NCBI GenBank assembly: GCA_964252035.1
Contig: OZ176211.1
DNA from: Podarcis erhardii
Lineage: Eukaryota
DNA: 64,000 nt
Reading direction: 5' to 3' (one strand)
The translations under genes and the position numbers were made by a program. This document shows positions 13,809 to 28,726 of this stretch, piece by piece. How positions within the stretch are numbered: the first letter of the stretch is position 1; each line of letters starts with the position of its first letter. A model generated the notes under the pieces. The model was given only the letters and a program-made list of their open reading frames with translations. It searched no databases and had not been told where the DNA came from.

Positions 13809-16800
13809 CTACCTTCTGAGATTTTGAGAAGTTAACTTTGTGTTTTATAGCTGCTGGATTTTTCTTTTACTTTTTTTACTGCTCGTTTTATTCTGCAGTT
13901 TTATGGTATTTTAATATATATATATGTTCACATTTCTTATTGTTTTAATTTGGGTGTATGTGTGACATCTTCTATTTCTATTCTATTTTCAAAAGCAGAG
14001 TAGATTGTTTGGGCACAGAATACTGGAAACATGAAATAATGCACAAGTGTGGGTCTTGATGTTGCAAGATAGACTAACAGGCAGCACATGCTAACAGCTT
14101 CCATCTTGTCAGCCTGAGGCCTAAAAGGAAGGGGAAAATTGAGTTGGATGGTTAATTAATTCAGACCCCAATTTCTCCCAGATCCTGGAGTTGTAAGCCA
14201 CTTTAAAGGACCACGGAGGGAAAGCCCATGTCCCTTTGCCTCTAGAGTGGCTACTGATTCATCACTTTTAAAAAGGCAATAGATCACACACACACAAAAA
14301 AAGGAAAAAGGAAAAAAGAAGACATAGTTTTGTGTCATATCTGCATATGCTAATTTGTTTGTAGAGAAGCAAATCTAGAAATAATGACTATAATTTACAT
14401 AGAAATATAATCCGTTTTACCAGCATTTGGAAGAGACTAGGTGAACTTTGTTCCTGCATAGTGTGCTGTCCAGGTACCAATGGTTGATGGACAACTTCAA
14501 GGCCCCTGCTGTCCCTTCCTATCTTTAAATAGGACTTGGGTCACACAGTCTTTCAAATAGAGGTCTGCCCTCTGTAAAGTAGGACACGTCACTCCCCTAA
14601 GCTCCTCTGTCTGCAAATGGGTTGCAATCTCTCTTCCCCTCTTTGTTGCAATTTAGCTGTTGTGCATATGAAGCACAGACCAAGCTGATCTGGTGGTAGA
14701 AAGATGCCATGCAAGTCATCCCACTCCTGTTCCTGTCCTACCCTTGCTCCACCTCTGTCTATTTCTCTATTTCTCTATGCTGTCACCATGATGCATCCTG
14801 TTGTGACTGAATGCATTATATGCTCTAGGCAATTCAGTCTTTTCCAGATCTATGTGTTTACAGCAAAATGTAAACCAAGTTTTCTTGGATACCTTTTTCC
14901 TACAGAACTGTGTAAGAGGAAAGACAAAGTAAAATATCTTTGTCTATAACACACTCATTTTCCTCCCCAAAGTTTAACGAATCAGCTATATATGATTAAT
15001 CATATAAGGCATCCTATAGCTAAAACTATTTTGAGAAACAAATGCTAAACTGGTTATAAATCATTAAACTGAACTAAGTAGCCAAGGCACAGAAAACTTT
15101 TCAAACAAAGATAGGCCTTCATTCCTTTAAACAACACAGAAGAAAATGTGAGATGAAAAATGAGATAAGATATAAGCAAATATGATAAATGCAAAGCAAT
15201 TAATTTTAATCCAGTGTTTCAAAATTAAGAAAATTGACTTTCGAGTCAATGTCATTTTTCATCACGTTGTTGCTAATGCCAAAAATTGGGTCTATTTTTC
15301 ATTTTAACACAGTGGGAGTTGAATCAAAAAGTCTTCGTATTGGAACTAATTAGAAACTTATTGCTTCCTCCTCTTCTGTTTCCCCTGCCCCATCTTTTCA
15401 GTAGCAACTAAATGCTTTTTTTCTGAACCCATTCTTTATGTTCCTAAAAAACTAAGTGATGTACAATGGACCCTTTCCACAGGTTCACAAGTCAAAAGTA
15501 TTATAAAATGAAAGTTTGTTCAAAAATAGATGTGAAGGCCTAGGATTTCACAGAAGATGGGCATCTGGTAGACAAGGATCTGGCTGTAAGGGAGTTCACT
15601 TCCTCGCAAGCACTGTTTATGTAGACTGTGTGGCAAAACCTATTCAGTAACACCAAATGTTCCTTTGGTAAAGCCTTGCCCTGGACAATTCAGAAAAAAG
15701 TTAAGTCTTGCTTACACCTGAAGATCAGAGGGACTGGCTATCCCTCTGTACTAAAAGCGTCAAGAGCTTGCTGTGAGCCATTGTTGTTTGCTAATTATCC
15801 CATTGTGATTGGAGACTCATGGACAGTTTTATGGTACTACAGACTTACAGTATGGGCAAATTTATTGTTCTGGGACCACATGAGCCATGTACTTACTTCT
15901 AGTTGTACTGTCAAATAAAACTGAGCTGCATCTCTTCCATTTTGTAGTCTGGATTTCTGTTCCAGTGTACATGACTTCTTTGATGCAGACAATTTTCCTA
16001 TTTCTGAGACTGCAATACTCTAACCTCTTCCCCAAGAATAAGTCCCTTAGGCCTCAGCTGGATTACTTCTGAGTAGACATGTATAGCATGTTGTGAATTT
16101 CATGTTAGACTTAAACAACATGAAAGTAAAGCAGTCTGACAGCAAATTATTTTGGCACAAAGTAGTATTTTCTGTTAGTTTATGCTAGGGACTAGTGCAA
16201 ACATCAAGTTTCTTCCAGCTCAGACTTTGATAACTTGCCTATGAATAGTGATGTGACCAACAAAAACTGTATCTGCAGGACGTCAAGAGGAATCTAAAAT
16301 CTGAGAGTGTATGAATAAATATTTGGTTATTTAAATAGGTTGCTCTTTCAAGTACCGAATAATTCTTCACTCTCTAATGTTATGTAAATCATTGTTGCAG
16401 TTTTTCATGCAAAATTGCACACTAAATTCCCATTCTCAGCATTTTAGCAAATTCAGTCTAGGATATGTGGATAATGAGAATTACAAAAAGCAGCAGGGGT
16501 AATCAACTTATACGATGTAGCTATGTATGAACAGAACTTTGTAAGAGTCGTTAATAAAGACCTGCAGCAGTTATTATGGAATAATAAGATATCAGAGGCA
16601 TTTTTAGTGGTTTCTTATAATTTGGCAGCGCCACATGGGGGCAATTAACACAGTTTCCAACCACACAGAATGGATAAAATCCAGCACAGTTTAGGAGCAA
16701 ATGTTAGGTGATAAACAAGCAAACTACTTGATGCCCTAAACTAACATTATGGGTACCTGATTACAGAGGCCTTTAGATTTCTATAGCTATTATTAAAGGC

Positions 16801-17338
16801 ATAAGAAAGACCTTTTTGTATACCATTTTGTCACTGCTAGCCATGTATGTTTAATATATTTGATTAGTCTGAAACAACAGAGGAAACTCAAACAACTGTA
16901 TGGGGAGGGGGAGTATGGAGCAGCACTGTGCTCTGTAAATGAAACTTGCATCAGGAATTGATTTTCCACCAAAGAGACAAGCAAAGACTGAATGACACAG
17001 ATCCAAAATTCCCTTCCATGGATGGAATTAGTTCACATTTATGAAACAGAACTTTTCCACCTATAACCTTCCACTGCAGCCTCCTGCATTCCACACCATA
17101 TTGTGGCCCTCCCTCATTTTATGATCTTTTAGATGTGGCAGCCATTTTGTGCTATGCTACACCCCACACACAGCTATTTTGTGACTGGTGCCCACAACAC
17201 TTTCACAGAATTCAAAATGTGCCCACTGGCCCCTAAAGGTTAGTGATCCCTTTGCAATATATTTTGCTGCTAAATATCCACAAAAGATATGCCCAGTTAA
17301 TGTTTGGTCAGAAATTGGTTCAAAGGAAATGTGATCTA

Positions 17339-18064
<726 letters not shown>

Positions 18065-18454
18065 CTAACAGTAAGTCCCGCCCCCCGTACCTTTTACAGA
18101 TCCCATCTCCCAAAAGTAGCCACCTGTGAATGCAGGCAGCAAATTTGGTGAGGCCACTTTTGCTCAAGCATCTGTATCTATTTTCAGACACTTTCAATGA
18201 CGAATGATAACTAACTTACATTAGTTAGTGTAAACTAATGGGATGTGTTAAATTGTTAGGCTTCTCATGCAGAAAATTCAACTGATTTCCTACTTATTCT
18301 TAGCACTGTGCTAAGAATGAGGCACTATTTTAAAAATTGAAGGAAATCAGCAAATCTTAATCCAAAGTGAGCAAAGGACTGCATTTTCTAAAATTCAGTT
18401 TCCACAGGCCTTGGTTTCTTTACGGGTGCAATCCTTCCCTCTTCTAAGTACTCA

Positions 18455-18961
<507 letters not shown>

Positions 18962-19722
18962 TTAGGGATCAACACCATCAATACACTGAACAAATACACA
19001 CAGAGAGAACAAATTTGCTCTCAAACATCTTTTTTTTTTGTAGTGTACCTATGCTTTGCTTGAGACACCAAGTTGTTACTTGAATTGACGCAGTTTAATC
19101 ATGTGAGAAGGATAGACTGTCTTTCCTGACAATTATTGTTGGCGTTTTTTGACCCTTCCAATACTAATACTGCATATAAAGAGATTTACATACAAAAAAA
19201 CAAATGCAGTATCTGTATAATTCATAATACTAAGCAGAATTATAGCTGAAATGAGTCTAACCAATTGGTGCTATTTAAAGTACATAAGATCAGGAACACT
19301 GGCTTATCTACTCTTAATCAGGCTTCAGATTTTTAATCATTTAAACACTTTGAATTTGAGAGAACTTTGGATTTTTGAAGGGAATTTAAAATGTCATGGG
19401 CTCACAGAGACAGAAATGGCTAAGGTATTTTCAAGGATACAGAAACTCAAAAACTACAGTCAAGGAGTTCATGTTTCATTGTTAATCACCCTGGTATGAT
19501 CCTCTTTCTATTTCCTTTAAGAAGGACTGCTGGAAGGCTGAAGCCAGAAAGAACAAAACAGAAAAATTAGCCCCAAGAACGTTAAACAACCAGTCAGAAA
19601 GAACTAGGAACTGATTTCTGACTGAAGTCCAAAATAAAATTAGAATTCACAAAATAATAAAGATGCTGTTGTTTAAATAGCACAAAATATTAATTAAATG
19701 ATTTTAATTCAATTGAGTCTGG

Positions 19723-19996
19723 GGGAGGATCTACACTCAGGATTTTTAACGTTAAGGGTTAAGGAATGGTTTCGATAACCATATGGCCACATGACGTTCT
19801 ACTTTTAACATTCATAATGCCTTATTAAAATGTGACATCAGAAGGTGCTGCAGAGCAACCAGCAACTTCTAGTAGGGAGACAGTGTTTTGATAGAGGTAA
19901 GAAAAGCTTTACTTTAAACGTATGCCCTGTAACATTTTAGAACAATACATCTAATATTGTTCTAATAATGTTAAACAGGTCGGTGTAGATCCAGCC
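19723..19996. mobile_element. PIF/Harbinger-like MITE
   Basis: 14-bp TIRs gggaggatctacac / gtgtagatccagcc match 12/14. The superfamily is inferred from the GG...CTACAC termini. Confidence 0.55.
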
Positions 19997-20362
19997 TAGA
20001 ATTTAGTACACTACCACACAAAATACTTTGAATAGTTTGAAATCAATGATTATGTCAGAGCAGTGGTGCAAGACTTAGTGCTATATGAATGTAATATAAT
20101 CATTGTAATAAACCAGGAGTTACACTAGTAGAAATGGGCCATAATCAGAATATACTAAGTAGGCAGACGTAGAAGCTCTAAATGTGTTCAAAGGGTTTAA
20201 CATTTTTCTTGGGTAGTGAATTTATCCAAATCTACTTTCAAAACAAATACTAAAAATGCATTCCACATATTGCAGAACAAAGCACATACAATGACAAACA
20301 CTGTCCTCTTTTTCATTTCAAAGGCAGCCGTGTCTTCCTCTAAACACAAAAATCAAACTTCA

Positions 20363-20509
<147 letters not shown>

Positions 20510-20524
20510 CTAAGTACATATAAT

Positions 20525-20620
20525 AAATAATAATAATAATTTTATTATTTATACCCCGCCCATCTGACTGGGTTTTCACAGCAACTCTGGGTGGCTTACC
20601 ACATATCTAAAAACATAATA
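20525..20620 (-). mobile_element. L2 LINE 3' end
   Basis: (taa)n, then tttataccccgcccatctg...ctctgggtggcttacca. Confidence 0.65.
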
Positions 20621-20640
20621 AAGAAAAAAAGCCACACATA

Positions 20641-20884
20641 CTGTATTTTTTGCTCTATAAGACTCACTTTTTCCCTCCTAAAAAGTAAGGGGAAATGTGT
20701 GTGCGTCTTATGGAGCGAATGCAGGCTGCGCAGCTATCCCAGAAGCCAGAACAGCAAGAGGGATCGCTGCTTTCACTGCACAGCGATCCCTCTTGTTGTT
20801 CTGGCTTCTGAGATTCAGAATATTTTTTTTCTTGTTTTCATACTCCAAAAACTAGGTGCATCTTATGGTCTGGTGAAAATACGG
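20641..20884. mobile_element. Tc1/mariner MITE with a long internal hairpin
   Basis: TIRs ctgtatttttt / tgaaaatacgg, TA flanks, subterminal ataagac/gtcttat motifs, and a 30-bp internal inverted repeat. Confidence 0.8.
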
Positions 20885-21304
20885 TATTTGTACCACATCC
20901 CTTGAAAAATGTTCTGACATAAAATTGCACCTATGGATGGCTTTTCCTACTTAGATTGATTGAGATCATGCCTGGCATGACTATGTAGCAACCTTAGCCA
21001 CAGGTCCTGTATTTACTTTTAAAATAATGCTTTTTTTCCTGGTTTGCCAATAAGTGCCAGGTGGCTGGGTCTAGGAGTCACCACCATTTTCACTCCTACA
21101 ATGCCCCCAATATTGTGGCAAATTAAAATGGTGGTGGCTCCAAGACTTTGTCATCCCCTGATCATTAGAGTGCAGGTGCTGCTGCCCACCATAACCACCG
21201 GTAAAATATCCCAGAGAAACCCCCTGATATAGGATAGGAACCACCAAAGAATATTGTGCTGAGGTCCCACTCACACCTGAAGCTGGCTATGGGTAAGACC
21301 TTAC

Positions 21305-21457
21305 CTGCAGGTTGGTTATAGGTGTGGTCCCATGCTGGAGCTTGCTTCTGGAAAGCAGGGGGTAGACCGCTTCTGGAGCTCCTTACCCAATCAAATGCAT
21401 CACCACTGGCTGTTTCCATCCAGCCACAGCTGTCTGTTTCAAAGTCACATTTAGCAG
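21305..21457 (-). CDS. MALRD1: MALRD1 exon, start of MAM4 (153 nt, phase 1 to 1)
   Basis: ATATTCCAG acceptor, GCAG|GTAAGG donor. Translates (A)AKCDFETDSCGWMETASGDAFDWVRSSRSGLPPAFQKQAPAWDHTYNQPA(G). Confidence 0.93.
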
Positions 21458-21807
21458 CTGGAATATATATATTTATTTTAGTCTGCATCAATTTATCTGA
21501 CATGACAGGTTAGCAACCAGTGTATACAGAAGGACAAGATGCAGTTGGAAGGGGAGGTGAATTGGAAGGTGCCTAATTAGAAAGTGCTGATGCCCCATAG
21601 CCCTGCAACCACCACACCACTTCCTATGCTGTTCTGGAGGCTCCCTCAACCTTCCAAGGCAGTTATTTGGAGGTGAAAGCGACTGCGCAGGGAAGGGAGA
21701 CACAAGAGGACCTGGTTCTATGAACAAAACAGTGTTTGCACAACTAGTACACTTGAAAACAAATTGGTGGGCCAAGGGATCAAAGAAAGTCCATGCATGA
21801 TCTACAG

Positions 21808-21943
21808 TAGGCTTCCTCAACCTTGGCCCTCCAGATGTTTTGAGACTACAATTCCCATCATCCCTGACTGCTGGTCATGCTAGCTAGGGATCATGGGAGT
21901 TGTAGGCCAAAAACATCTGGAGGGCCGAGGTTGAGGAAGCCTG
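21808..21943. mobile_element. Palindromic hAT MITE (URR1-like)
   Basis: TIRs taggcttcctcaacc / ggttgaggaagcctg. 8-bp TSD atctacag/atctagag matches 7/8. Confidence 0.88.
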
Positions 21944-22619
21944 ATCTAGAGTATTATTTAGCTTTGAATAGGTGTGTTCACAAGCTCCAGCTTTGCTCCT
22001 GTTTCCACATGCCAGACATGTGTGAATCATCCTTATCAAATCAGTTAGAACACTATAGAGCCCTGGTGTGAGTGTCTGTATTAAGAGAGAGACTGTTTTA
22101 AGAAAGCAAAGCTGAATTCCTCCTTTGGAAAGTGAAACTCCAGATATCACTTTCTGAGGTTCTGTTATTCTGACAAGTCATTTTCAATTTTAGTTTTAAC
22201 CTGAGAAGTAGCCACAACTGTACACAAAGACATCAATAAAGACGCTGGGTGAAAGTGCTTCACCTTCTGTGTGGTTTGCCTTAATTAACTGATCCTCCTA
22301 ATGAAATAGCCATAAGGCTATTGACATGCACATTTAAAGATCTTTAAGCATGAATTACAGATCAATGTGTTTTCACTTACAGCAGAGGGCTTCGTCACTG
22401 CCATCTGGGCAATCAGGAGTGAAATCACAAAACTTGTCAGAAGTAATACAGTCTCCATTCTTACATGCCAACAATCCAGGTGGACAATAAAGAGATGAAG
22501 AATCAGAGGTTTCCAACATTGTTGCCCCTTAAAAAACAACAACACAGTTGCTTATTCTTGCCAGGAAAAAAACCAGCAGATAAAAGTATTATCTACAGAA
22601 CACATTTGCCATATTTTTG

Positions 22620-22776
22620 GCTCAGGGGTAGAGCACATACTTTGTATGCAAAAAGTTCCAAGACTGAATTCCTAGTATTTCCAGATAAATGGGTCAGGTA
22701 GCAGGAGATACAAAAGCTCTCTGCTTGAGACCCTGGAGATCAACTCCCAGTCAGAGAAAACAGTACTAGACTAGAT
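22620..22776 (+). mobile_element. Degenerate tRNA-derived SINE (Squam2-like)
   Basis: gctcaggggtagagca head, then gagaccctggaga...ccagtcag...tactagactagatg body. Confidence 0.6.
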
Positions 22777-24076
22777 GTTAGTCCTACTCAGAGTAGACCC
22801 ACTGAAATAAATGGACATGACTTTCTTAATCACATTAATTCCCGTAGGTTTACACTGAATAAAACATAGTTGAATTTCACCCAATGAGTAAACTTTCGTT
22901 GGCTATAACCCCTCCTGCCTAGCAACACTTCTTCTTTCCCTTCAACTAATGTATTCAATATATTATTCAGTCTGCAGAAGTAGTGGGGTTTTAATTCAAT
23001 GTTTGTTGCTGTATGATCAGGAGAAAGGCTTGCAAAATTGTCCTGATCTTGTGGGCCATCAATGGTCAATGGCTTTACAAATCCATAGCTTAGATTCTGC
23101 AGATTCCATGACAGTCAGAAGATTCTGTACCACATGCCAAATTCTGCACATACTGAATCACAGAATAATGTGATTCCTGCATTGGATTACATCTGACTAT
23201 ACTTCTGTAAATTATTCTCTTGCATGAGGTGAGAACTGAGAGACTCCCTACTCGATATTCCTTCACTGTTTTGAATACTGCTAGCCATTCACACAGGGCC
23301 CTTATGTCTAATTGGGGAATACTCATGTACAAACTCATGTACACAGGCTCAAATTGTGAGGTCCAAGACATCCAATATACAGTCTAGAGATTAAATATGT
23401 GATTTGAGTCTTTATGTACAGAACTGTATGTGCATATGCACCAACTGGACATGCATGTAAGACAGCATGGAGGCAATCAAAGCTTGCCCCACACTTCTTA
23501 GGGTAAACTTGAGTATCTGTCATTGGCCATTGAATAAATGTAAACTCTGACATGCATGATTCTAATACATCCTCAAAACATAGGTACTTATACAAAAACC
23601 TATACTTGGGAATCAGCTACACAGCTGCAAATAGAACATTTTAAGTGTGTTTTAAGCACATTATACAAATGTGACACTAGATGGCGATTGTGAGCTTATG
23701 GCAAATTCAATATATATTTTAAAACTTTTTTAAAAAAAACATTTTCATAGCGTTTTTTACATGTGTCTAGATTCCACCCCAGAATGCACACAAAAATCAA
23801 TCATATGGAACCAAACAAAAACCAAATCACAAAACCTCATAAACTTGTAAGAAGCCTGCTGATTCCAACTAAGGTGGCAGCTCTTTATCAACTCAACAAG
23901 GAGTAAGTGCCATTGAACTTCACTCCATGGAACTTACTTCTGAGTAGACATGTATAGAATGGCGCTGTAACTATATCATGCCTAAGTAATATATTTTTGT
24001 GGAAGCATAAACAAAGGGAGAACAATTACTGCAAATAGGTCAGCAAACCAATTTGAAAATGCTGCTCTGTACTTAC

Positions 24077-24191
24077 CTTTTTGGTCAGTACTTGAAAATG
24101 AATTATAATTAGTCCTACAAGCCTTTGTTATACTGATGTCATCAACAGCAACAATGGATTTTGCTGACTGAAGAGTGGCTTGTAGAATTAT
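24077..24191 (-). CDS. MALRD1: MALRD1 exon, end of MAM3 (115 nt, phase 0 to 1)
   Basis: GTCTTGCAG acceptor, AAAG|GTAAGT donor. Translates IILQATLQSAKSIVAVDDISITKACRTNYNSFSSTDQK. Confidence 0.93.
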
Positions 24192-24450
24192 CTGCAAGAC
24201 CAATGAAATAACCTTATTAAATACGACTTATACATATATGCTCTGGGTTTACAAATTAAATAAACTTGAAGTTAAATTCCATTTGCAGCTAGCCTGGTTC
24301 CCCCCAAAAAAGAATATGCAACTATCTTAGCCAACAATACCATAGATATGTCAATACCCAAAGTCTCGTTAATAATCATATTTAGTATTGAACTACTGTA
24401 TGTAATCTAAAAAATATCATCTCACTCCAAAGTCAAAACATAAGTCCCAT

Positions 24451-25300
24451 TCATCAATCAATCAATTCTTTATTGCGGTCCAAAGAGCCAACAGAGTTCA
24501 ATGCATACAACATACTTTCATAGCATATAAAATACATTAAAAGCACACAAACTGCTTGGGCAGATGATAAGACTATGACTTTTCAGTCTTTTGTCTAATA
24601 CCAATTGATCTCTGATCTTGGCCACCTCAGACAGAAACTTGGCAACAGCCGAAGTCACACTAGGAAACCTATTATCCAGTAGGAACTTGGAATAGAAATG
24701 GCATAGAATTTCCCTGTAGATTTGCCAATAGTGGGTTACTCATATGTTGTCGGGTCTGCTTATAGTCTTCAGGACAGGAGAATGTGCTTCATGCATTCTA
24801 CTTCCTGATTACTACAGGGAGAAAATCTTGCAAAGTAAGGAACAGCGGCAAATTTACCTCGGAGCATTTCCGAGGGGAACACATTAAATCTGGACATAGT
24901 AAAAAGTCTATGATAATTGACAACTGTTTAATTCTTTAAATATTCAGCTGTGAAAAACAACCCAACATACTGTATACTCATGGCATTTGGTGAGCAGGAT
25001 GAGTATGAACAGGCCCGCAAATCACAGAAGGCCCGCAAATCCCACAACCTTTGTTTTACTGAATTAAGAGCAGTGTAATACCCCATTATGTAAGAGAAGG
25101 TCTGAGGACAAACCAATTGAAGCATCTTTTGGGGCAATAAACTTGGACCAACAACTGAAGTACTCATCCTGTGATAAATGTATGAGTAACCCTGTGCCCA
25201 GTTTGAAAACACTGGCATTAAGCCAGTCAGAATTCTATTCAGTATTCCAAGATCAAGACCACTGCTTGAAAGAATATCATGCACATACAATATAGACAAA
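24451..25300 (-). mobile_element. Decayed RTE-X-like LINE 3' fragment
   Basis: Minus strand reads TMSRFNVFPSEMLRGKFAAVPYFARFSPCSNQEVECMKHILL (24900-24774, degenerate C-terminal Zn-knuckle region) followed by stops. SVKQRLWD lies upstream, and the 3' end has AATAAA and a (TTGA)n tail. Confidence 0.75.
25011..25041. repeat. Short duplication, aggcccgcaaatc x2 (period 18)
   Basis: Direct reading; lies inside the RTE-X fragment. Confidence 0.85.
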
Positions 25301-27084
25301 TATCATGGTTTAGGAGATTGGGGGATATGGATCAGACTAGTTTAGAAGCCCATCATAACTATGCTAGTCATATATCATCCTCAACAAGGGAATGAAGGTC
25401 ACACAGAGAGAAACATGTCTAAGGTTTGCATTACTCTCTACTTCCACACCTCTGAACTGTAAAAACTCAAGAAGAAAGGCAACTGAAAAATAGGGTTAAA
25501 AAGTGCATAATCCAAGTGGAAAAGGGGTCAATTTCACAAAGCACAAACATCCACATCTCAAGGTCTAAGGAAGGGACCATAAAAGGTCATTACATCCAAC
25601 ACCCAATTCATACAACAGGGCCTCAGCAACCATGTTAGCGGGACATTAGAATAGGCTGCCTGAGTTACATGGCTTTCTAGATGAGCAGAAGTTGTTGTTT
25701 GCAATTCAGTTTGATTCTCCCATTAATTCATTTTTGCCATCCCCACCGAAGCCAACAAGGCATTTTCACAATGAGAAATAATATCTGTTGTGATATTTGT
25801 GTAAACACATAAATGGCTGACAGCTAACAAATAGAGACACATTTTATTGTGGGGGTCACTGGAGGGCTATGCGTTGCGCTGTTGAGAAATAGCTGTTTGC
25901 TTAAGGGCCTCATAGAAGTGAAATATGACTGAAGAACAATGCTTAAAACAGAAGCCTCTCTTGCGCTATAAATATTTATGGTGTCCAGGATGAAGCGAAG
26001 TGGGCTTGTGCAGTAAGGGTGCTTTTTATGGTACATTAGCTCAACAGCAGACTCCACATTAGAATCACAGAGAGTTGGGGTGGAAGGGAAGAACGACAGT
26101 GACGTGTTCTGAGGAATTCATATGTCATTTTAAGAATTTGGCTAGAGAAACATTGCCAATCAGTGACAATACCATAATTGTCACTGGTGAGGAAGCTGCC
26201 AAGTTATTAACACACATGTATGGCAACTTGGGGCACTGTGAACAGGGTATAACACCCCCTAGATAGGAGTGGGAAGGCCTAAAGGCCTGCATTGTCGCCT
26301 GCTCTCCCATGATGCTCTGCTCCTCAGACTAGGAAAAAACTAGCCTACACAAAGGAATGCAGCTAAGGAGTGGCTGAGTGGGAGAAGCCTTTGAGTCAGA
26401 AGCCATAGCCAAGTACAATTCAATAAATCTTGGCTTCAACAACTTCCTATTGGTAAGGCTCTGGTAACCTAAGCAACAGAGCTGCCATTTATGCCCACCT
26501 TTGCACACTGTTAGGGAAAGGGAGGAAGTTGCAAGGTGACAGAGGAAAACTGAAGGTAGGGAAGATATGCTGCAGCGGAGGCCAACCAGGGAAGAAAGCG
26601 TCTAGAATGCACCAGGCCTTCCCAATATACATATATATATTTAAGTCAAAAAAGTCCAATTCAGCCCAGTCTGAATTGAGATGTTGGGAGCTTGACTATT
26701 CCTACTTATGTTGTTAGCTTAGATATAACATCATATTTGCCAGGTCCTGGGATATTGCAGGGACCAAAAAATGGTGACAACACTGCAAGTGAAACACCAT
26801 AAATGAAGTTACTAAAAAGGCTGTGCATGATTAATGTGCCTGAAAGGATCAGTTTCACATAGACTAGGATGGGGAACCCATGGTCCTCCTGTTGGACTCC
26901 AGCTCCCATTGGCCATAGCCAGAAGGGTCAGGGATGATTGGAGGGGTAGTCCAGCAACATCAGGATGATCCTACTCCTGATATGAACCTGATCTAGCCTC
27001 TGGCAGCCCTACCAAATTTCAGTTAAAGTATGTGGAAAGTCTCACTCATACCAAAAATAAAATATTTTTCAAACCTTGTAAGAA

Positions 27085-27338
27085 AAGAAGAAGAAGAGGA
27101 GTTTGGATTTGATATCCCGCCTTTCACTCCCCTTCAGGAGTCTCAAAGTGGCTAACATTCTCCTTTCCCTTCCTCCCCCACAACAAACACTCTGTGAGGT
27201 GAGTGGGGCTGAGAGTCTTCAAAGAAGTGTGACTGGCCCAAGGTCACCCAGCAGCTGCATGTGGAGGAGCAGAGACGCGAACCCGGTTCCCCAGATTACG
27301 AGACTACCGCTCTTAACCACTACACCACACTGGCTCTC
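27085..27338 (-). mobile_element. Full-length tRNA-derived SINE with L2-like tail (Squam3-like)
   Basis: Reverse complement begins gagagccagtgtggtgtagtggttaagagc, has B box gggttcgcgtctc and a (ctt)n tail. Closely similar to the 63194 copy. Confidence 0.92.
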
Positions 27339-27873
27339 ATTTTAATGTCACATCATTTTTAAAATTTTATATAACTGAATATCAACAACATTGGAAAGCT
27401 CTTCCTCCTACGTTCCTACAGACTCTGACTAGCTCTGAAAGGGTTTGGCCTCTGAATGAGTGTATAGAAATCATAAAGCCTCCTGAGCCAAGTCCTTCTC
27501 TAAATGCTACTTAGCAATATCTACTAGGATAAATATGATCTCTAGAAATGCGAAATTCTGAACATTCTACAATTGTTTCTAAACCAATATTAGATACATA
27601 TTAACATGTGCCATACTATTTAGCAGCATTTTCCTTTATTTTTTAATTTCAACTGAAGTAATGTATTGAGTTGGATCCATATCAAGCTAGTTGAATTTAA
27701 GTCCCACTTAGATCAATGGAACAGATTAGTTGTGACTAGGACAACTGACTTAATCTGGATCCAGCCAACTACATTGTTACTGTTAAAGTTTTAAAGTTAT
27801 TTTGCAATGAGGAATACCAGCAGCAAATAACTACTTGCGTACACTTGTACCTTGGTGCGGGTAAGGGGCTTAC

Positions 27874-28053
27874 CTGAAAAGGTCCTATAATTTCATCGCC
27901 AGTTATATTTCTTAAAAGTACATTTGCTTTTGTCCACTGCATTGTGCTCTTGAAAGGCTTTGAGTTATGTAAGCTTTGCAAATTCCCATCAACAGCAGTT
28001 TGAAGAAAGACACTCAGCTGGGAATCCTGGGACAATTGATACCAAAATCTCAT
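27874..28053 (-). CDS. MALRD1: MALRD1 exon, MAM3 (180 nt, phase 0 to 0)
   Basis: TCCAACAG acceptor, CAG|GTAAGC donor. Translates MRFWYQLSQDSQLSVFLQTAVDGNLQSLHNSKPFKSTMQWTKANVLLRNITGDEIIGPFQ. Confidence 0.93.
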
Positions 28054-28726
28054 CTGTTGGAAGGATTTTTAAAATGAAATTATGAACCCCTTCAATAGAT
28101 CACAAAACAATCAACTATGAATGCACAGTATCTTTCCATGTACCCTTTAATCACAAATCTAATGTAACTGACCTGCAAGCATCCTCCAGTCTCCCCTCCA
28201 AAACCGACTGGGCTTTTAATTTGTTATTGTCAAATACTTAGAAAACTTTGAGGTTGCAGCACAGGCATTCCTCAGAATGCCTGGTTCTGAAGAAGAACCT
28301 TTATTTGGCCTTTTCTTAGAGTCAAGAGCTGGCAGAGAAGCTGCCAGTGCCTCTTGAGGGGAGGGGGGGACAGGGAAGGGGCCAGTAGCAAAGAGGAAGA
28401 TGGGGAACACAAGGGGCTCTCCAGTGGTGGGGTGGGTGAGTTCCAGTGTCAGCAGGGGCACTGGCAGGGACATTGACAGTGGGGTGAGGGCATTTGTTAT
28501 ACCATGCCAAAGACCCCCTGAAATTTGGTGTTGACCCTACCCAAGGGCATCTTGCAGGCTGCTGTTGGGGTGGATTGGGCTAGGACTGGGCTTGGCCCTC
28601 CAAGTGTTGTTGGTGTATAAGTTCCTAGCCCCAACCACAAAGCAACATATGGTCTAATTCGGTTGGCTAAACAGGAAGACAAAAACTGCTTATGCAAAGG
28701 ATGGCAAGGAAATATCACCAAGTTAC

